NCBI GenBank assembly: GCA_038087875.1
Contig: CM075998.1
Location: 4,838,001-4,902,000 of the forward strand
DNA length: 64,000 nucleotides
Reading direction: 5' to 3'
DNA from: Malacoraja senta
Lineage: Eukaryota
The notes under the pieces are model-generated. The model saw only the letters and a list, made by a program, of their open reading frames with translations, did not search any database and had not been told where the DNA came from. Below, one piece after another: positions 36,251-49,672 of this stretch (positions are counted from its first letter, which is position 1; every line of letters begins with the position of its first letter). A program made the position numbers and the translations under genes.

Positions 36251-36407
36251 AATCAGGCGCGATTGAATAGCGGAGTAGACTTGATGGGCCGAATGGCCTC
36301 ATTCTCATCCAATCACATGAACTTGTACAGAAGTTCTGTCCACCTTATAATTGGTCAGAATCGTACAACGTGGAAATAGGCCAAGGGAGACACAAGGAAC
36401 TGCAGAT

Positions 36408-36795
36408 GCAGCATCTGTGGAGAACATGGATAGGTGACGTTTCACAGAGTGCTGGAGTAACTCAGCGGGTCAGGCAGCATCTGTGGAGAACATGGATAGG
36501 TGACGTTTCACAGAGTGCTGGAGTAACTCAGCGGGTCAGGCAGCATCTGTGGAGAACATGGATAGGTGACGTTTCACAGAGTGCTGGAGTAACTCAGCGG
36601 GTCAGGCAGCATCTGTGGAGAACATGGATAGGTGACGTTTCACAGAGTGCTGGAGTAACTCAGCGGTCAGGCAGCATCTGTGGAGAACATGGATAGGTGA
36701 CGTTTCACAGAGTGCTGGAGTAACTCAGCAGGCCAGGCAGCATCTGTGGAGGACGTGGGTAGGCAACGTTTCAGGTCGCGACCCTTCTTCAGACT
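36408..36795 (+). repeat. 66-bp tandem array ending in a minus-strand hammerhead core
   Basis: About 5 units; 36765-36792 reads CTGAAGAAGGGTCGCGACCTGAAACGTT on the minus strand. Confidence 0.88.
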
Positions 36796-37424
36796 CATGG
36801 ATGGTTCGATGGGGCTTTTTAGTTACATGTACAAACACAGAATGGATTGCGTTTCGTACAAACAGTCCATTAGCGTATTGCCACACCGGAAGCACATCCC
36901 TGATCAGCAAAGTTTACAGAAACAGTCCGCTGAGCCCGCATGCAAGAGACGCCATATTTAGGCGCCATTTTCAAAGTCCAGTCCTGTTGCTATGTGGGAT
37001 GAGGGTAGGGTCCCTTCTCAAGGGATTCTTAAATTCTCACGGGATTGGACGGGCTAGATGCAGAAAAAATGTTCCCCATGTTGGGGGAGTCCAGAACCAG
37101 GGGTCACATGCAGTTTAAGAATAAGGGGTAAGCCATTTAGGACTGAGATGAGGAAAAACTTCTTCACCCAGAGAGTTGTGAATCTGTGGAATTCTCTGCC
37201 ACAGAAGGCAGTGGAGGCCAATTCACTGGATGTTTTCAAGAGAGAGTTATATTTAGCTCTTACGGCTGACGGAATCAAGGGATATGGGGAGAAAGCAGGA
37301 ACTGGGTAGTGATTTTAGATGATCAGCCATGATCATATTGAAGGGCTCGAAGGGCTGGATGGCGTACTCCTGCACCTATTGTCTATGTTTCTTCTTTAGA
37401 CCCATTCTAAACAAGGTCCCCAAG

Positions 37425-37743
37425 GCACAGTGGCACAGCGGTAGAGTTGCTGCCTTACAGCGAATGCAGCGCCAGAGATCCGGGTTCGATCTCAACTGCG
37501 GGTGCTGTCTGTACGGAGTTTGTACGTTCTCCCCGTGACCTGCGTGGGTTTTCTCCGAGATCTCCAGTTTCCTCCCACACTCCAAAGACGTGCGGGTTTG
37601 TAGGTTAATTGGCTTGGTGTAATGTAAAAATTGTCCCGAGTGTGTGTAGGATAGTGTTAGTGTGTGTGTGGTCGCTGGTCGGGGCCAGACTCGATGGGCC
37701 GAAGGGCCTGTTTCCACACTGTATCTCTAAACTAAACTAAACT
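37425..37743 (+). mobile_element. Full-length HE1-like V-SINE
   Basis: tRNA head with B box GGTTCGATCT, V-domain and (CTAAA)n tail. Confidence 0.88.
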
Positions 37744-38749
37744 AGATTTGTAACATTGTCCATCCATGTTGTCCTGAGTTACCATAGCAACAGGCCATTT
37801 GGCCCACGGAGTCTATGCTAACCATCAACCGCCTACTTTACCGTAATCCCTTTTATTCCCCCCGCACATTATCCCCCCCCCCATAAGCCACAGTCTTTGC
37901 AATTTACAGATGCATTTTACCGCTGATGCTGGGAATGTATGAGGAAACCCCTGGTTCCCCCCCCCCCGCTCACCCCCCGCTCACCTCCCCTCCCCCCTGC
38001 TCCCCCTCGCTCCCCCCCCCCTCCCGCAGCCCCCCCCTCCTCCCTGGCTCCCCACCCCCCCTCCCCCCTGCTCCCCCCCCTTTCTGCCCCCCACTCTCCC
38101 CCCCCTTTCTCCCCCGCTCCCCCCCCGCTCTCTCCCCCCCCAAGAAAACGCTTCAAGACAGACGTGCCTTTGACGTCAAGACAACGGGAAAAGCAGAGTG
38201 AAAGCTTCAGGTGATGAAAGGTCGTCACCCTGACACATTAACTCACTTTCTGCCTCTACGGACGCTGCCTGACCTGCTGAGTGTTTACAGCTTTTTTAGT
38301 ACAGGTGAATGTGTGAAGGTTCACCAACAAAGGGGTTGAGAGGAGACTGGATTTAGTTTAGAGATACAGCGCAGAAGCAGACCCTCCAGCCCACCAAGTC
38401 TGCACCGACCAGCGATCACCCCGTACACCAGCACTATCCTACACATTAGGGACAATTTTCACAGAAGAAAATTGACCTACAAACCTGCACGTCTTTGGAG
38501 TGTGGAGGAAACCGGAGCACCCGGAGAAAACCCACGCAGGTCACGGGGAGAAGGTACAAACTCCGTACAGACAGCTCCCATAGTCGGGGTCGAACCCGGG
38601 TGTCTGGCAGTGAGGCAGCGACTCAAAAATAGCCAAAACCAAACAGGAGGAATAAACTTCTCATGAATAGGGCGGCATGGTGGCGCAGCGGTAGAGTTGC
38701 TGCCTCACAGCGCCAGAGACCCGGGTTACATCCCAAGGAAAAGATTGCT

Positions 38750-39195
38750 CCTATAACATGGTGCCCAGAACTGAACACAATATTCTAAATGCGGTCTCAC
38801 CAACGTCTTATACAACTGCAACATGACCTCCCAACTTCTATACTCAATACTCTGACTGATGAAGGCCAAAGTGCCAAAAGCCTTTTTGACCACCTTATCT
38901 ACCTGCGACTCCACCTTCAAGGAACCATGCACCGGTACTCCTAGATCCCTCTGCTCTACAACACTACCCAGAGGCCACCCATTTACTGTGTAGGTCCTGC
39001 CCATGTTCGACGCCCCAAAATGCAACACCTCACACTTCTCTGTATTAAATTCCATCAACCATTCCTCCGCCCACCTGGCCAATCGATCCAGATCCTGCTG
39101 CAATCGTTCACAACCATCTTCACTATCTGCAAAACCACCCACTTTTGTATCATCAGCAAACTTGCTAATCTTGCCCTGTATGTTCTCATCCAAAG
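38750..39195 (-). mobile_element. CR1 RT fragment
   Basis: LDENIQGKISKFADDTKVGG...[15 protein letters not shown]. Confidence 0.88.
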
Positions 39196-39611
39196 GATCT
39201 GCCTGGAATACATATCCCTCCTTATCCATGTTCCTGATTAACGCCACTATCGATGCGGATAGGCAAGGCTTAGAGGGACGTGGGCCAAACAGAGGCAAAT
39301 GGGACGAGCTTAGATGGGGCACCTTGGTCGGCATGGATGAGTTGGGCGGAAGGGCCTGCCTGCGTCCGTGCTGTGTGATTCTGTGGCTCTAGATCAGTAC
39401 GGGTGTCGGGGGTTATGGGGAGAAGGCAGGAGAATGGGGTTAGGAGGGAGAGATAGATCAGCCATGATTGAATGGTGGAGTAGACTTGATGGGCCGAATG
39501 GCCTAATTCTGCTCCTATCACTTATCACCTTGTGATCTACTTGTGTTACCACTTTCAATAATGCTGAAACGTTAACAAAATCAAGCCACTGCCACTAAAC
39601 TGAAAACTAGA

Positions 39612-40035
39612 GAAGGGTCCCGACCCAGAAACGTCACCTATCTATGTTCTCCACAGATGTGGCTGACCCGCTGAGTTACTCCAGCACTCTGGGAAACGTC
39701 ACCTATCCATGTTCCGGCAGCATCTATGGAGCGAAGGAAATAGGCAACGTTTCGGCCCGAAACCCTTCCGGGTTTCGGCCCGAAACGTTGCCTATTTCCT
39801 TCAGGGTTTCGGCCCGAAAGGTTGCCCATTTCCTTCGCTCCACAGATGCTGCCTGACCCGCTGAGTTACTCCAGCACTCTGTGAAACGTCACCTATCCAT
39901 GTTCTCCACAGATGCTGCCTGACCCGCTGAGTTACTCCAGCACTCTGTGAAACGTCACCTATCCATGTTCTCCACAGATGCTGCCTGACCCGCTGAGTTA
40001 CTCCAGCACTTTGTGTCTTTGTTTTTTAAACCAGC
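39612..40035 (-). repeat. 66-bp array with embedded palindromic cassette
   Basis: Cassette at about 39710-39845 matches those at 21260 and 48300. Confidence 0.85.
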
Positions 40036-41398
40036 ACCTGCAGTTCCTTGTTTCCAATGCACAAAACATCCTGGTTTTGCTTAATGTTCGCTGCCAGCTG
40101 AAGTTAATGGGCTGAACAGACCCGCTAAGCTGCCTAAGGGATTGACTCTATAATAAGGATCCAAGCAGGCTAATGGTGCAGAGGATTTTGCAATCAATGG
40201 ATACAACAACCATTTCATGATTTATTTATTCATCTGCTTATTTAAAGACACGGCACGGAAACAGGCCCTTCGGCCCACCGACCAGCGATCCCCGCACACT
40301 AACACTATCCTACACACACTAGGGACAATTTACACCTACACCAAGCCAATTAACCTACATCCCTGTACGTCTTTGGAGTGTGGGAGGAGATCGGAGATCT
40401 CGGAGAAAACCCACGCAGGTCACGGGGAGAACGTGCAGACTCCGTACAGACAGCACCCGTAGTCAGGATGGAACCCGGGTCTCTGGCGCTGTGAGGCAGC
40501 AACTCTACCGCTGCGCCACCATGCTGCCCTAAACCCTGTGGTCACAGGGAGAACGTGCAAACTCCACACACACACAGCACCCGAGGCCAGGATCGAACCC
40601 GGGTCTGTGGCTCCGTGAGGCAGTAACGTTGGATTAAAGATAGTCCGAGTGTCTCCAATGAGGTGGATGGGAGGTCAGGACCGCTCTCTAGTTGGTGAGA
40701 GGACGGTTCAGTTGCCTGATCACAGCCGGGTAGAAACTGTCCCTGAATCTGGAGGTGTGTGCGTTTGTTTTCACACTTCTGTACCTCTTGCCCGATGGGA
40801 GAGGGGAGAAGAGGGAGTGGCCGGGGTGAGACTGGTCCTTGATGATGCTGCTGGCCTTGCCGAGGCAGCGTGAGGTGTAGATGGAGTCAGTGGAAGGGAA
40901 GTTGGTCTGTGCGACGGTCTGGACTCCATCTGCAACTCTACAATGCCTCGCAAGCTAGGGCAGAGCTGTTCCCAAAAACCTCACTGTGCAGGGGCAGGGG
41001 GCCGCGGAGAGGGGCAACGTAGCTCGGCTCAAATAAGTTGAGCACAAAGCGACCAGAGTTAGTATTGGCTGGAGACTCATTTATTCAACCACAATGAAGA
41101 CAAATCTTCTGGCCCATATGAGTAACCAGTTTCAACACCTTACAGCTGTTCCCAAACACATGATTGCAGCCAGTGATTGTTCCTTTGGCATCAAAAGAGC
41201 AGGGCAGATCGCATGAGCATTGTGCTGCCACGGTGACTGGCGGCAACGTGCTTCAGGGGGAGCCCAGGGATAGGAACGGCGCCATACAAATGCAGGCCTG
41301 CTCTTTAACAAGGGAGCAACCTCTTAGCTTGTCTGTTGGTCGGGAACGCGGACCTAAAAGCAGGATTACTCGGGATTAGCGGGGCCACTGCTAAGGGG

Positions 41399-41700
41399 CA
41401 GCACGGTGGGGCAGCGGTAGAGTTGCTGCCTCACAGCGCCAGAGACCCGGGTTCCATCCCTGCTACGGGTGCTGTCTGTACGGAGTTTGTACGTTTTCCC
41501 CGTGACCTGGGTGGGTTTTCTCTGGGTGCTCCGGTTTCCTCCCGCACTCCAAAGACGCACAGGTTTGTAGCTAAACTTGGCTTGGTAGAATTGTAAATTG
41601 TCCCTAGTGCGTGTAGGATCGTGCTAGTATACGGGATGATCGCTGGTCGGCACGGACTCGGTGGGCTGAAGGGCCTGTTTCTGCACTGTATCTCTAAAGT
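41399..41700 (+). mobile_element. Full-length HE1-like V-SINE
   Basis: Head, V-domain and tail. Further copies at about 11350-11620(-), 27593-28170(+), 38352-38620(-), 40243-40528(-), 42144-42418(+), 43126-43425(-), 49687-49975(-), 57945-58262(-), 61004-61280(+). Confidence 0.88.
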
Positions 41701-43694
41701 CTATACAAACGTTGAAGTGGCAGGGCACCTCAACTGAATTAGTCTGAAGATCCCAAGACACAAGAGCAGAATTAGACCATTTGGCCCATCAAGTCTATGC
41801 CCCTCTCCCTCCCACTCCCCCTGGGTGACACACCATCCTGACATCGCGACTGGGTCCAAATCCTGGATAACCGTATTTTAGATAGGAGTAGAATTAGGCC
41901 ATTCGGCCCATCAAGTCTACCCCGCCATTCAATCATGGCTGATCTATCTCTCCCTTCTAACCCCATTCTCCTGCCTTCTCCCCATAACCCCTGACACCCG
42001 TACTGATCCAGAATCTGTCAATCTCTGCCTTAAAAATATCCACTGACTTGGCCTCCACAGCCATGAATTGGCAATGAGTTCCACAGATTCACCACCCTCT
42101 GGCAAAAAGAATTCCTCCTCATCTCCATTCTAAAGAGGGTACCTTGGTGGCGCAGCGGTAGAGTTGCTGTCTTACAGCACCCCGGGTTCGATCCTGACTA
42201 CGGGCGCTGTCTGGACGGAGTTTGCACGTTCTCCCCGTGACCTGCGTGGGTTTTCTCCGAGATCTCCCACACTCCAAAGACGTGCAGGTTTGCAGGTTAA
42301 TTGGCTTGGCGTAAATGTAAAATGATCCCTAGTGTGTTTGCAGGATAGCGTTAGTGTGTGGGGATCGCTGGTCGGCGCGGACTCGGTGGGCCGAAGGGCC
42401 TGTTTCCGCGCTGTATCTATAATGGAAGGTCTAACGTAAAGATACATCCCTTTAATTCTCCCACTAGTGGAAACATCCTCTCCACATCCACTCGATCCAG
42501 GCCTTTCACTATTCGGTACGTTTCAATGAGGTCCCCCCCTCATTCTTCTAAACTCCAGTGAGTACAGGCCCAGTGCCGACAAACGACCGACTATTTACCC
42601 TCTCTGCTGTATGCCTCTCATCATGTTTTTAGTTTAGTTTAGAGATACAGAGCGGAAACAGGCCCTTCGGCCCACCGAGTCCGCGCCGACCAGCGATCCC
42701 CGCACACTAACACCATCCTGTCAGGATGGAACCCGGGTCTCTGTCGCTGTGAGGCAGCAACTCTACCGCTGCCCCACCGTGTGCTGCCCTTATCTGAAAG
42801 TGGGATAACATAGAACTAGTGTAAACAGGTGATCGATGGTCGGCACAGGCTTGGTGGGCCGAAGGGCCTGTTTCCATGCTGTATCTGTAAAAAGTACAAC
42901 TAAACTTCAATGTTCTATGTTCTGTTTCTCTCTCCACAGCTACTGCCTGACCCGCTGAGTGTTTGGAGGATTTTATTTGCCATTTAGCCAGTCCTGCCCG
43001 AAGGCACTGTGGCTGGCGCAGTTATTTCAAACGCTGCAGTCCAACTTCAAATGAACTAAGATCAAATGACAGTCATAAAATTGCCTTCATTCACGTCCCC
43101 AATCTCATAACATCTTGACTTCAGACTTTAGAGATACAGCGCGGAACAGGCCCTTCGGCCCACCGAGTCTGTGCCGACCAGCGATCCCCGCACACTAACA
43201 CTATCCTACACACACTAGGGACAGTTTACAATTTCAACGAAGCTAATTAACCTACAAACCTGGACGTCTTTGGAGTGTGGGAGGAAACCGGAGCGCCCGG
43301 AGAAAACCCACGCAGGTCACGGGGAGAAGGTACAAACTCCGCACAGACAGCACCCGTAGTCGGGATGGAACCCGGGTCCCTGGCGCTGTGAGGCAGCAAC
43401 TCTACTGCTGCGTCACCGTGATGCCCTTATCTGTTCCATATAGTTTCAATTGTTAATTAGGAAATGAATTTTGATCATCTCATCTTTCCGGCATTTAAAA
43501 CTTACAAAAGATAAGTCCATTCCTTTATTCCTTCCGGTTAAAGGCTGGTCATATTTGTTTGTGATGGAAGGCACTTAGAGGCAAGAAAGAGATGACATAA
43601 AAAGAGAATTTGTGAGTTGTGTTTAGCCGGGGCCTTTCAAAATCATAGCACCATTCACAAGGTGAAAGAAAATGGTACGATCACGTTTGTTTAA

Positions 43695-44135
43695 TTGCCA
43701 GGACTAGAGGGCCTGAGCTACAGGGAGAGGTTGAGCAGGTTGGGACTCTATTCCTTGGAGCGCAGGAGGATGAGGAGTGATCTTATAGAGGTGTATAAAA
43801 TCATGAGAGGAATAGATCGGGTAGACGCACAGAGTAGGGGAATCGAGGACCAGAGGACATGGGTTTAAGGTGAAGGGGAAAAGGAATCAGAGAGGTAACT
43901 TTTCCACACAAAGGGTGGTGGGTGTATGGAACAAGCTGCCAGAGGAGGTAGTTGAGGCAGGGACTATCCCAGCGTTTAAGAAACAGTCAGGCAGATACAT
44001 GGATAGGACAGGTTTGGAGGGATATGGACCAAGTGTAGGCAGGTGGGACTAGTGTAGCTGGGACATGTTGGTCAGTGTGGACAAGTTGGGCCGAAGGGCC
44101 TGTTTCCATGCTGTATCACTGTATGACTCTATGAC
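43695..44135 (+). mobile_element. CR1/HER1 3' fragment
   Basis: LPGLEGLSYRERLSRLGLYSLERRRMR...GYGPSVGRWD*; (ACTCTATG) tail. Confidence 0.85.
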
Positions 44136-44890
44136 AAGGTTTGTTTCGTTTGTTTGATCCCGTAGTCAGGGTGGAACCCCGGGTCTCCAGCGCTGGCTCT
44201 ACCCGCTGTGCCAGCGTGCCGCCACAGGTCCAACTGTTGTCAGGGCAGTGCCCGGGGTAATCGCTGGCCTGTGGGGCAGGCGGCAGTAGTCTCACTGGGG
44301 TCAGAAGGTCACGGGCTTTTCAATTGAAAAGCCCTCGCAGAGCCATTGAAAGAATGCTTGGAATCTCCTCAGCACCCTCTGGCATGCCGAGAATGTGGGC
44401 CTCATTGCCGCTGTTATCCGCACGGATTATTCTCCACTCTTTGCTTCCATTTGCCATTAACGTCGACTCATTCTCCCCCCGGGCGTCTCGACATAAACCT
44501 GTCCCCCTAAGTACACGACGCCCAGCCCCATGAGCAGCGGCTGGAACCAGATACTTTGAAGGGTCTTGTGTGGGAAGGAACTGCAGATGCTGGTTCAAAT
44601 CGGCGGTAGACACTATGTGCTGGAGTAACTCAGCGGGACAGGCGGCATCACTGGAGAGAAGGAATGGGTGACGTTTCGGGGTCGAGATGAAGAAGGGTCT
44701 CGCCCCAAAACATGTCGCCAGTCCTTCTCTCCATAGATGCTGCCTGTCCTGCTGGGTTACTCCAGCTCTTTGTGTCCATCTGCGGGATGCCTTACTCTGT
44801 TCACACGCTCCCGCGAGTTTGTTTGAGGCGTCCATTTGCGTCCAGCCCCGTGTGGAGATGGTGACTCATCCAAACGCCCAACGTGAATAC

Positions 44891-45641
44891 AGATTACTAT
44901 CTAAATGGCGTCAAGTTGGGAAAAGGGGAAGTACAACGGGATCTGGGGGTCCTTGTACATCAGTCTATGAAAGTAAGCAGGCAGTGAAGAAAGCGAATGG
45001 CATGTTGGCCTTTATAACAAGAGGAGTCGAGTACAGGAGCAAAGAGGTCCTTCTGCAGTTGTACAGGGCCCTAGTGAGACCACACCTGGAGTATTGTGTG
45101 CAGTTTTGGTCCCCTAATTTGAGGAAGGACATTCTTGCTATTGAGGGAGTGCAGCGTAGGTTTACAAGGTTAATTCCCGGGATGGCAGGACTGTCATATG
45201 CTGAGAGAATGGAGCAGCTGGGCTTGTACACTCTGGAGTTTAGTAGGATGAGAGGGGATCTCATTGAAACATATAAGATTGTTAAGGGCTTGGACATGCT
45301 AGAGGCAGGAAACATGTTCCCGATGTTGGGGGAGTCCAGAACCAGGGGCCACACACAGTTTAAGAATAAGGGGTAAGCCATTTAGAATGGAGACGAGGAA
45401 ACACATTTTCTCACAGAGAGTGGTGAGTCTGTGGAATTCTCTGCCTCAGAGGGCGGTGGAGGCAGGTTCTCTGGATGCTTTCAAGAGAGTTAGATGGGGC
45501 TCTTAAAGATAGCGGAGTCAGGGGATATGGGGAGAAGGCAGGAACGGGGTACTGATTGGGGATGATCAGCCATGATCACATTGAATGGCGGTGCTGGCTC
45601 AATGGGCCGAATGGCCTCCTCCTGCACCTATTGTCTATTGT
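44891..45641 (+). mobile_element. CR1 3' fragment with a 20-bp TSD
   Basis: CAAACGCCCAACGTGAATAC at 44871-44890 and 45642-45661; KQAVKKANGMLAFITRGVEYRSKEV... Confidence 0.92.
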
Positions 45642-45991
45642 CAAACGCCCAACGTGAATACTTGCTCACACTCCAGCCTGGATCCAAGCCAGAGGCCTTT
45701 CATTGATTACCAGTGCTGGTTTAACACACAAGACTCTACCAGTGCCAAGTGCTGGTCGGGCTGACTTTGATGCCGGGATCACATCCCAACCTTCCAACAA
45801 TGGACACACAGCGAAGGAGCAAGCAAATACTGGCGGTAAAATATTACACAGAGAACTGTACAGCACAGGAACACGCCCTTCGGCCCACTATGTCCGTGCC
45901 AAACACTGATGCCAAGTTAAACTGATCACCGTGATATCTCTGCACATGATCCATATCCCTCCATATCCTCGTGCCTCTCGAAAAGCCTCTT

Positions 45992-46612
45992 AAGGGCCTG
46001 TCCCACTTAGGCAATTTTCTCGGCGACTGTCACAGTCGTAGCAGGTCGCCGAAAAAACGGCGACTGGACCCCCCCCCCCCCGCCCCCACGACAATGTCTA
46101 CAACAACCTACCACCCAGTCGATGTCAAGCTACGGCAAGCTACCGACAACCGGCGACCCATTAGGACGTCCACCTACGACCACACCTACGACAGCTACGT
46201 CCACACAGGCGACAACTGAAGTCAACCTACGTCCACCCGCGGCAAGGTACGACAAGCAACGACCCTGTCGGCGACAACTGAGGACAATTCAGTCGCCAGT
46301 ACCCGTCACCGGTTGACGTGGGTTGACGTAGGAAGTCGCCAATGGAATTCACTGAAGTCAGCACCCGGCGACAACCAACGTCATCCTGGCGACAACCTAC
46401 GACAGCACCGACGTCAGGAGAAGTCAAGCTACGCTCATTGGCGTCAAACCCACTGTTGCCGACAAGTTTTGAACATTTCAAAATCCAGCGACGACCAGAA
46501 AAACGCTACGACTCTTTGGGCGACTTGAGGAGACGACTCACGACCATACAGGCGGCCATGTGAAAACAGCCTAGTCGCCTGTAGTCGCCTAAAAAATCAC
46601 CTACGTGGGACA
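45992..46612. mobile_element. Harbinger-like non-autonomous DNA transposon
   Basis: AGGGCCTGTCCCACTTAGGC...CCTACGTGGGACA; internal GGCGAC/CGAC-rich subterminal motifs. Confidence 0.7.
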
Positions 46613-47589
46613 CCACTATTGTATTAACCTTCACCACTATATATACATATTCATGTTAAATAATTCATATATACACACACACACACATATATATATATGC
46701 ATGTACACACAAACACACACATATACACACACACACACACCACCACACCCTTAAACACATATAGACAATAGACAATAGGTGCAGGAGTAGGCCATTCGGC
46801 CCTTCGAGCCAGCACCACCATTCAATGTGATCATGGCTGATCATCCCCAATCAGTACCCCGTTCCTGCCTTCTCCCCATATCCCCTATCTTTAAGAGCCC
46901 TATCTAGCTCTCTCTTGAAAGCGTCCAGAGAACCTGCCTCCACCACCCTCTGAGGCAGAGAATTCCACAGACTCACCACTCTGTGTGTGTGTGTACATGT
47001 GTGTGTGTACGTGTGTGTGTGTGTACGTGTGTGTGTGTGTACGTGTGTGTGTGTACGTGTGTGTGTGTGTCTATGTATATATAGCTGGTTCACACCAAAG
47101 ATAGTCACAATGATTATGCATGGCTGCCTCGCATTGACGAGTGCACAGCCCTTGTGACCCAGACCACATTCAGTCCTGGGAGTCGCACTTATTCCCAACA
47201 GCCTTTCAAATGTACCCGCAGGACACAGAGTTGCCGGAGTAACTCAGCAGGTCAGGCAGAGTCTCTGGGGGACGTGGGCACATGACCCACACAGTTTATA
47301 GACACTCCCTGATGCAGGAACATAGAACCGGAGAACAGTACAGCACAGGAACAGGCCCTTCGGTGCCGAACAATGATACCATGATACCGAGTTAAACTGA
47401 TCTCCTCTGCCTGCACGTGATCCATATGCATCTGCCAATCTAAAAGCCTCTTCAAGCCTCTTATCGGATCTGCCTTCACCACCACCTCTGGTCGGATGGG
47501 CAAGTTGGGCCGAAGGGCCTGTTGCCATGCTGTATCACTCTATGAATCGTGTGGGAAGGAACTGCAGATGCTGGTTGAAGCTATAGACA

Positions 47590-48475
47590 CAAAATGCTGG
47601 AGTAACTCAGCGGGACAGGCAGCATCTCTGGAGAGAAGGAATGGGTGGGGTTTCAGACGGAGAGTCTGAAGAAGGGTCCCGTGGTGAAACGTCACCTATC
47701 CATGTTCTCCAGAGATGCTGCCTGACCTGCTGAGTTACTCCAGCACTCTGTGAAACGTCACCTATCCATGTTCTCCACAGATGCTGCCTGACCCGCTGAG
47801 TTACTCCAGCACTCTGGGAAACGTCACCTATCCATGTTCTCCACAGATGCTGCCTGACCCGCTGAGTTACTCCAGCACTCTGTGAAACGTCACCTATCCA
47901 TGTTCTCCACAGATGTTGCCTGACCCGCTGAGTTACTCCAGCACTCTGTGAAACGTCACCTATCCATGTTCTCCACAGATGTTGCCTGACCCGCTGAGTT
48001 ACGCCAGCACTCTGTGAAACGTCACCTATCCATGTTCTCCACAGATGCTGCCTGACCCGCTGAGTTACTCCAGCACTCTGTGAAACGTCACCTATCCATG
48101 TTCTCCACAGATGCTGCCTGACCCGCTGAGTTACTCCAGCACTCTGTGAAACGTCACCTATCCATGTTCTCCACAGATGCTGCCTGACCCGCTGAGTTAC
48201 TCCAGCACTCTGTGAAACGTCACCTATCCATGTTCTCCACAGATGCTGCCTGACCCGCTGAGTTACTCCAGCACTCTGGGAAACGTCACCTATCCATGTT
48301 CCGGCAGCATCTATGGAGCGAAGGAAATAGGCAATGTTTCGGCCCGAAACCCTTCCGGGTTTCGGCCCGAAACGTTGCCTATTTCCTTCAGGGTTTCGGC
48401 CCGAAAGGTTGCCCATTTCCTTCGCTCCACAGATGCTGCCTGACCCGCTGAGTTACTCCAGCGCTCTGTGTCTAT
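47590..48475 (-). repeat. Long 66-bp array (about 10 units) with cassette, inside an inverted-terminus element
   Basis: 269-aa periodic ORF; left arm AGACACAAAATGCTGGAG...; CTGAAGAAGGGTCCCGTGGTGAAACGTC at about 47666-47693. Confidence 0.9.
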
Positions 48476-48999
48476 CTCTAGTTTAAATTGGTTTGTTATT
48501 ATTCTCACGTGTACCGAGGTACAGTGAAAAGCTTTTATCTGGCTGCAATCTGTTCAAAGAAAGGGATATATCATTGCGATCAAACCATCCATAATGCACG
48601 GATAAAGGCCCTCCAAGCTTTTAGTGCATATCACCATCCCAGCAGCTAAAGTATGAAACCCAAATCACAGCTTTGGAGAAGGGGCAGGTAGGAGCTTGCC
48701 TGTTGCATTGTCCGAGCCTGTATGTCTGTGTTGCTGCCTCGAGCAGGATTTTCATTGCATCCAGCGCTTTTTTTTCTGGTAACATTACACACCACCAGGA
48801 CAATGTCGTTTTTCACATTTTTAGAATCGCTGAGGTGACGAAAAAAGGTGACTGGAGTTTAACCCCCAAAAAAGTCCGACTCTGTCTCCACTTTCGTGGT
48901 GTGATATCAGAGGGAACGGATTAGCTATTAACGAAATAGCCAACTGAGTGGGCGGGAATTGTATACAACAGCCGAACAGAGCATTGAGCCCAAGGTAGG

Positions 49000-49198
49000 C
49001 ACAAAATGCTGGAGTAACTCAGCGGGACAGGCAGCATCTCTGGAGAGAAGGAATGGGTGACGTATCGGGTCTGAAGAAGGGTCTCAGCCCGAAATGTCAC
49101 CCAATCCTTCTCTCCAGAGATGCTGCCTGTCCCGCTGAGTTACTCCAGCATTTTGTGTCCATCTTCGGTGTAAACAGCATCTGCAGTTCCTTCCTACA
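49000..49198. mobile_element. Palindromic Penelope-terminus element with a hammerhead having a 4-bp stem I
   Basis: GGGT-CTGAAGA-AGGGTCTCAGCCC-GAAATGTC-ACCC at 49067-49102. Confidence 0.7.
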
Positions 49199-49334
49199 CA
49201 AAGCATTAAGCCTGCCTTCAGTAAGCAGAGACTTGCATTTCAATAACACCTTTCACATCCACAGCCCTTCCCCATACTATAAGCTACTTTGGAAGTCGAA
49301 ACAAGGAATAGCAGATGCTGGTTTACAAAATAAA

Positions 49335-49672
49335 AGTGCTGGAGTAACTCAGCGGGTCAGGCAGCATCTGTGGAGAATATGGATAGGTGACGTTTCACAC
49401 AGTGCTGGAGTAACTCAGCGGGTCAGGCAGCATCTGTGGAGAACATGGATAGGTGACGTTTCACAGAGTGCTGGAGTAACTCAGCGGGTCAGGCAGCATC
49501 TGTGGAGAACATGGATAGGTGACGTTTCACAGAGTGCTGGAGTAACTCAGCGGGTCAGGCAGCATCTGTGGAGAACATGGATAGGTGACGTTTCACAGAG
49601 TGCTGGAGTAACTCAGCGGGTCAGGCAGCATCTGTGGAGAATATGGATAGGTGACGTTTCAGGTCGAGGCCC
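49335..49672 (+). repeat. 66-bp tandem array
   Basis: About 5 units. Confidence 0.9.

Noticed and set aside
37955..38140. C-rich tract encoding proline-rich or glycine-rich ORFs
   Set aside because: It is a low-complexity expansion within a degenerate SINE. It is G4-prone but shows no evidence of coding.
47607..48416. 269-aa ORF with 22-aa repeats (SAGVTQRVRQHLWRTWIGDVSQ)
   Set aside because: It is an artefact of a stop-free 66-bp tandem unit, with no start context or splice structure, and occurs in both orientations at many loci.
48700..48775. Possible minus-strand exon (cag|AAAAAAAAGCGCTG...CAG|gcaag)
   Set aside because: It needs a GC donor, has a poor pyrimidine tract, has two open frames and shows no recognisable homology.
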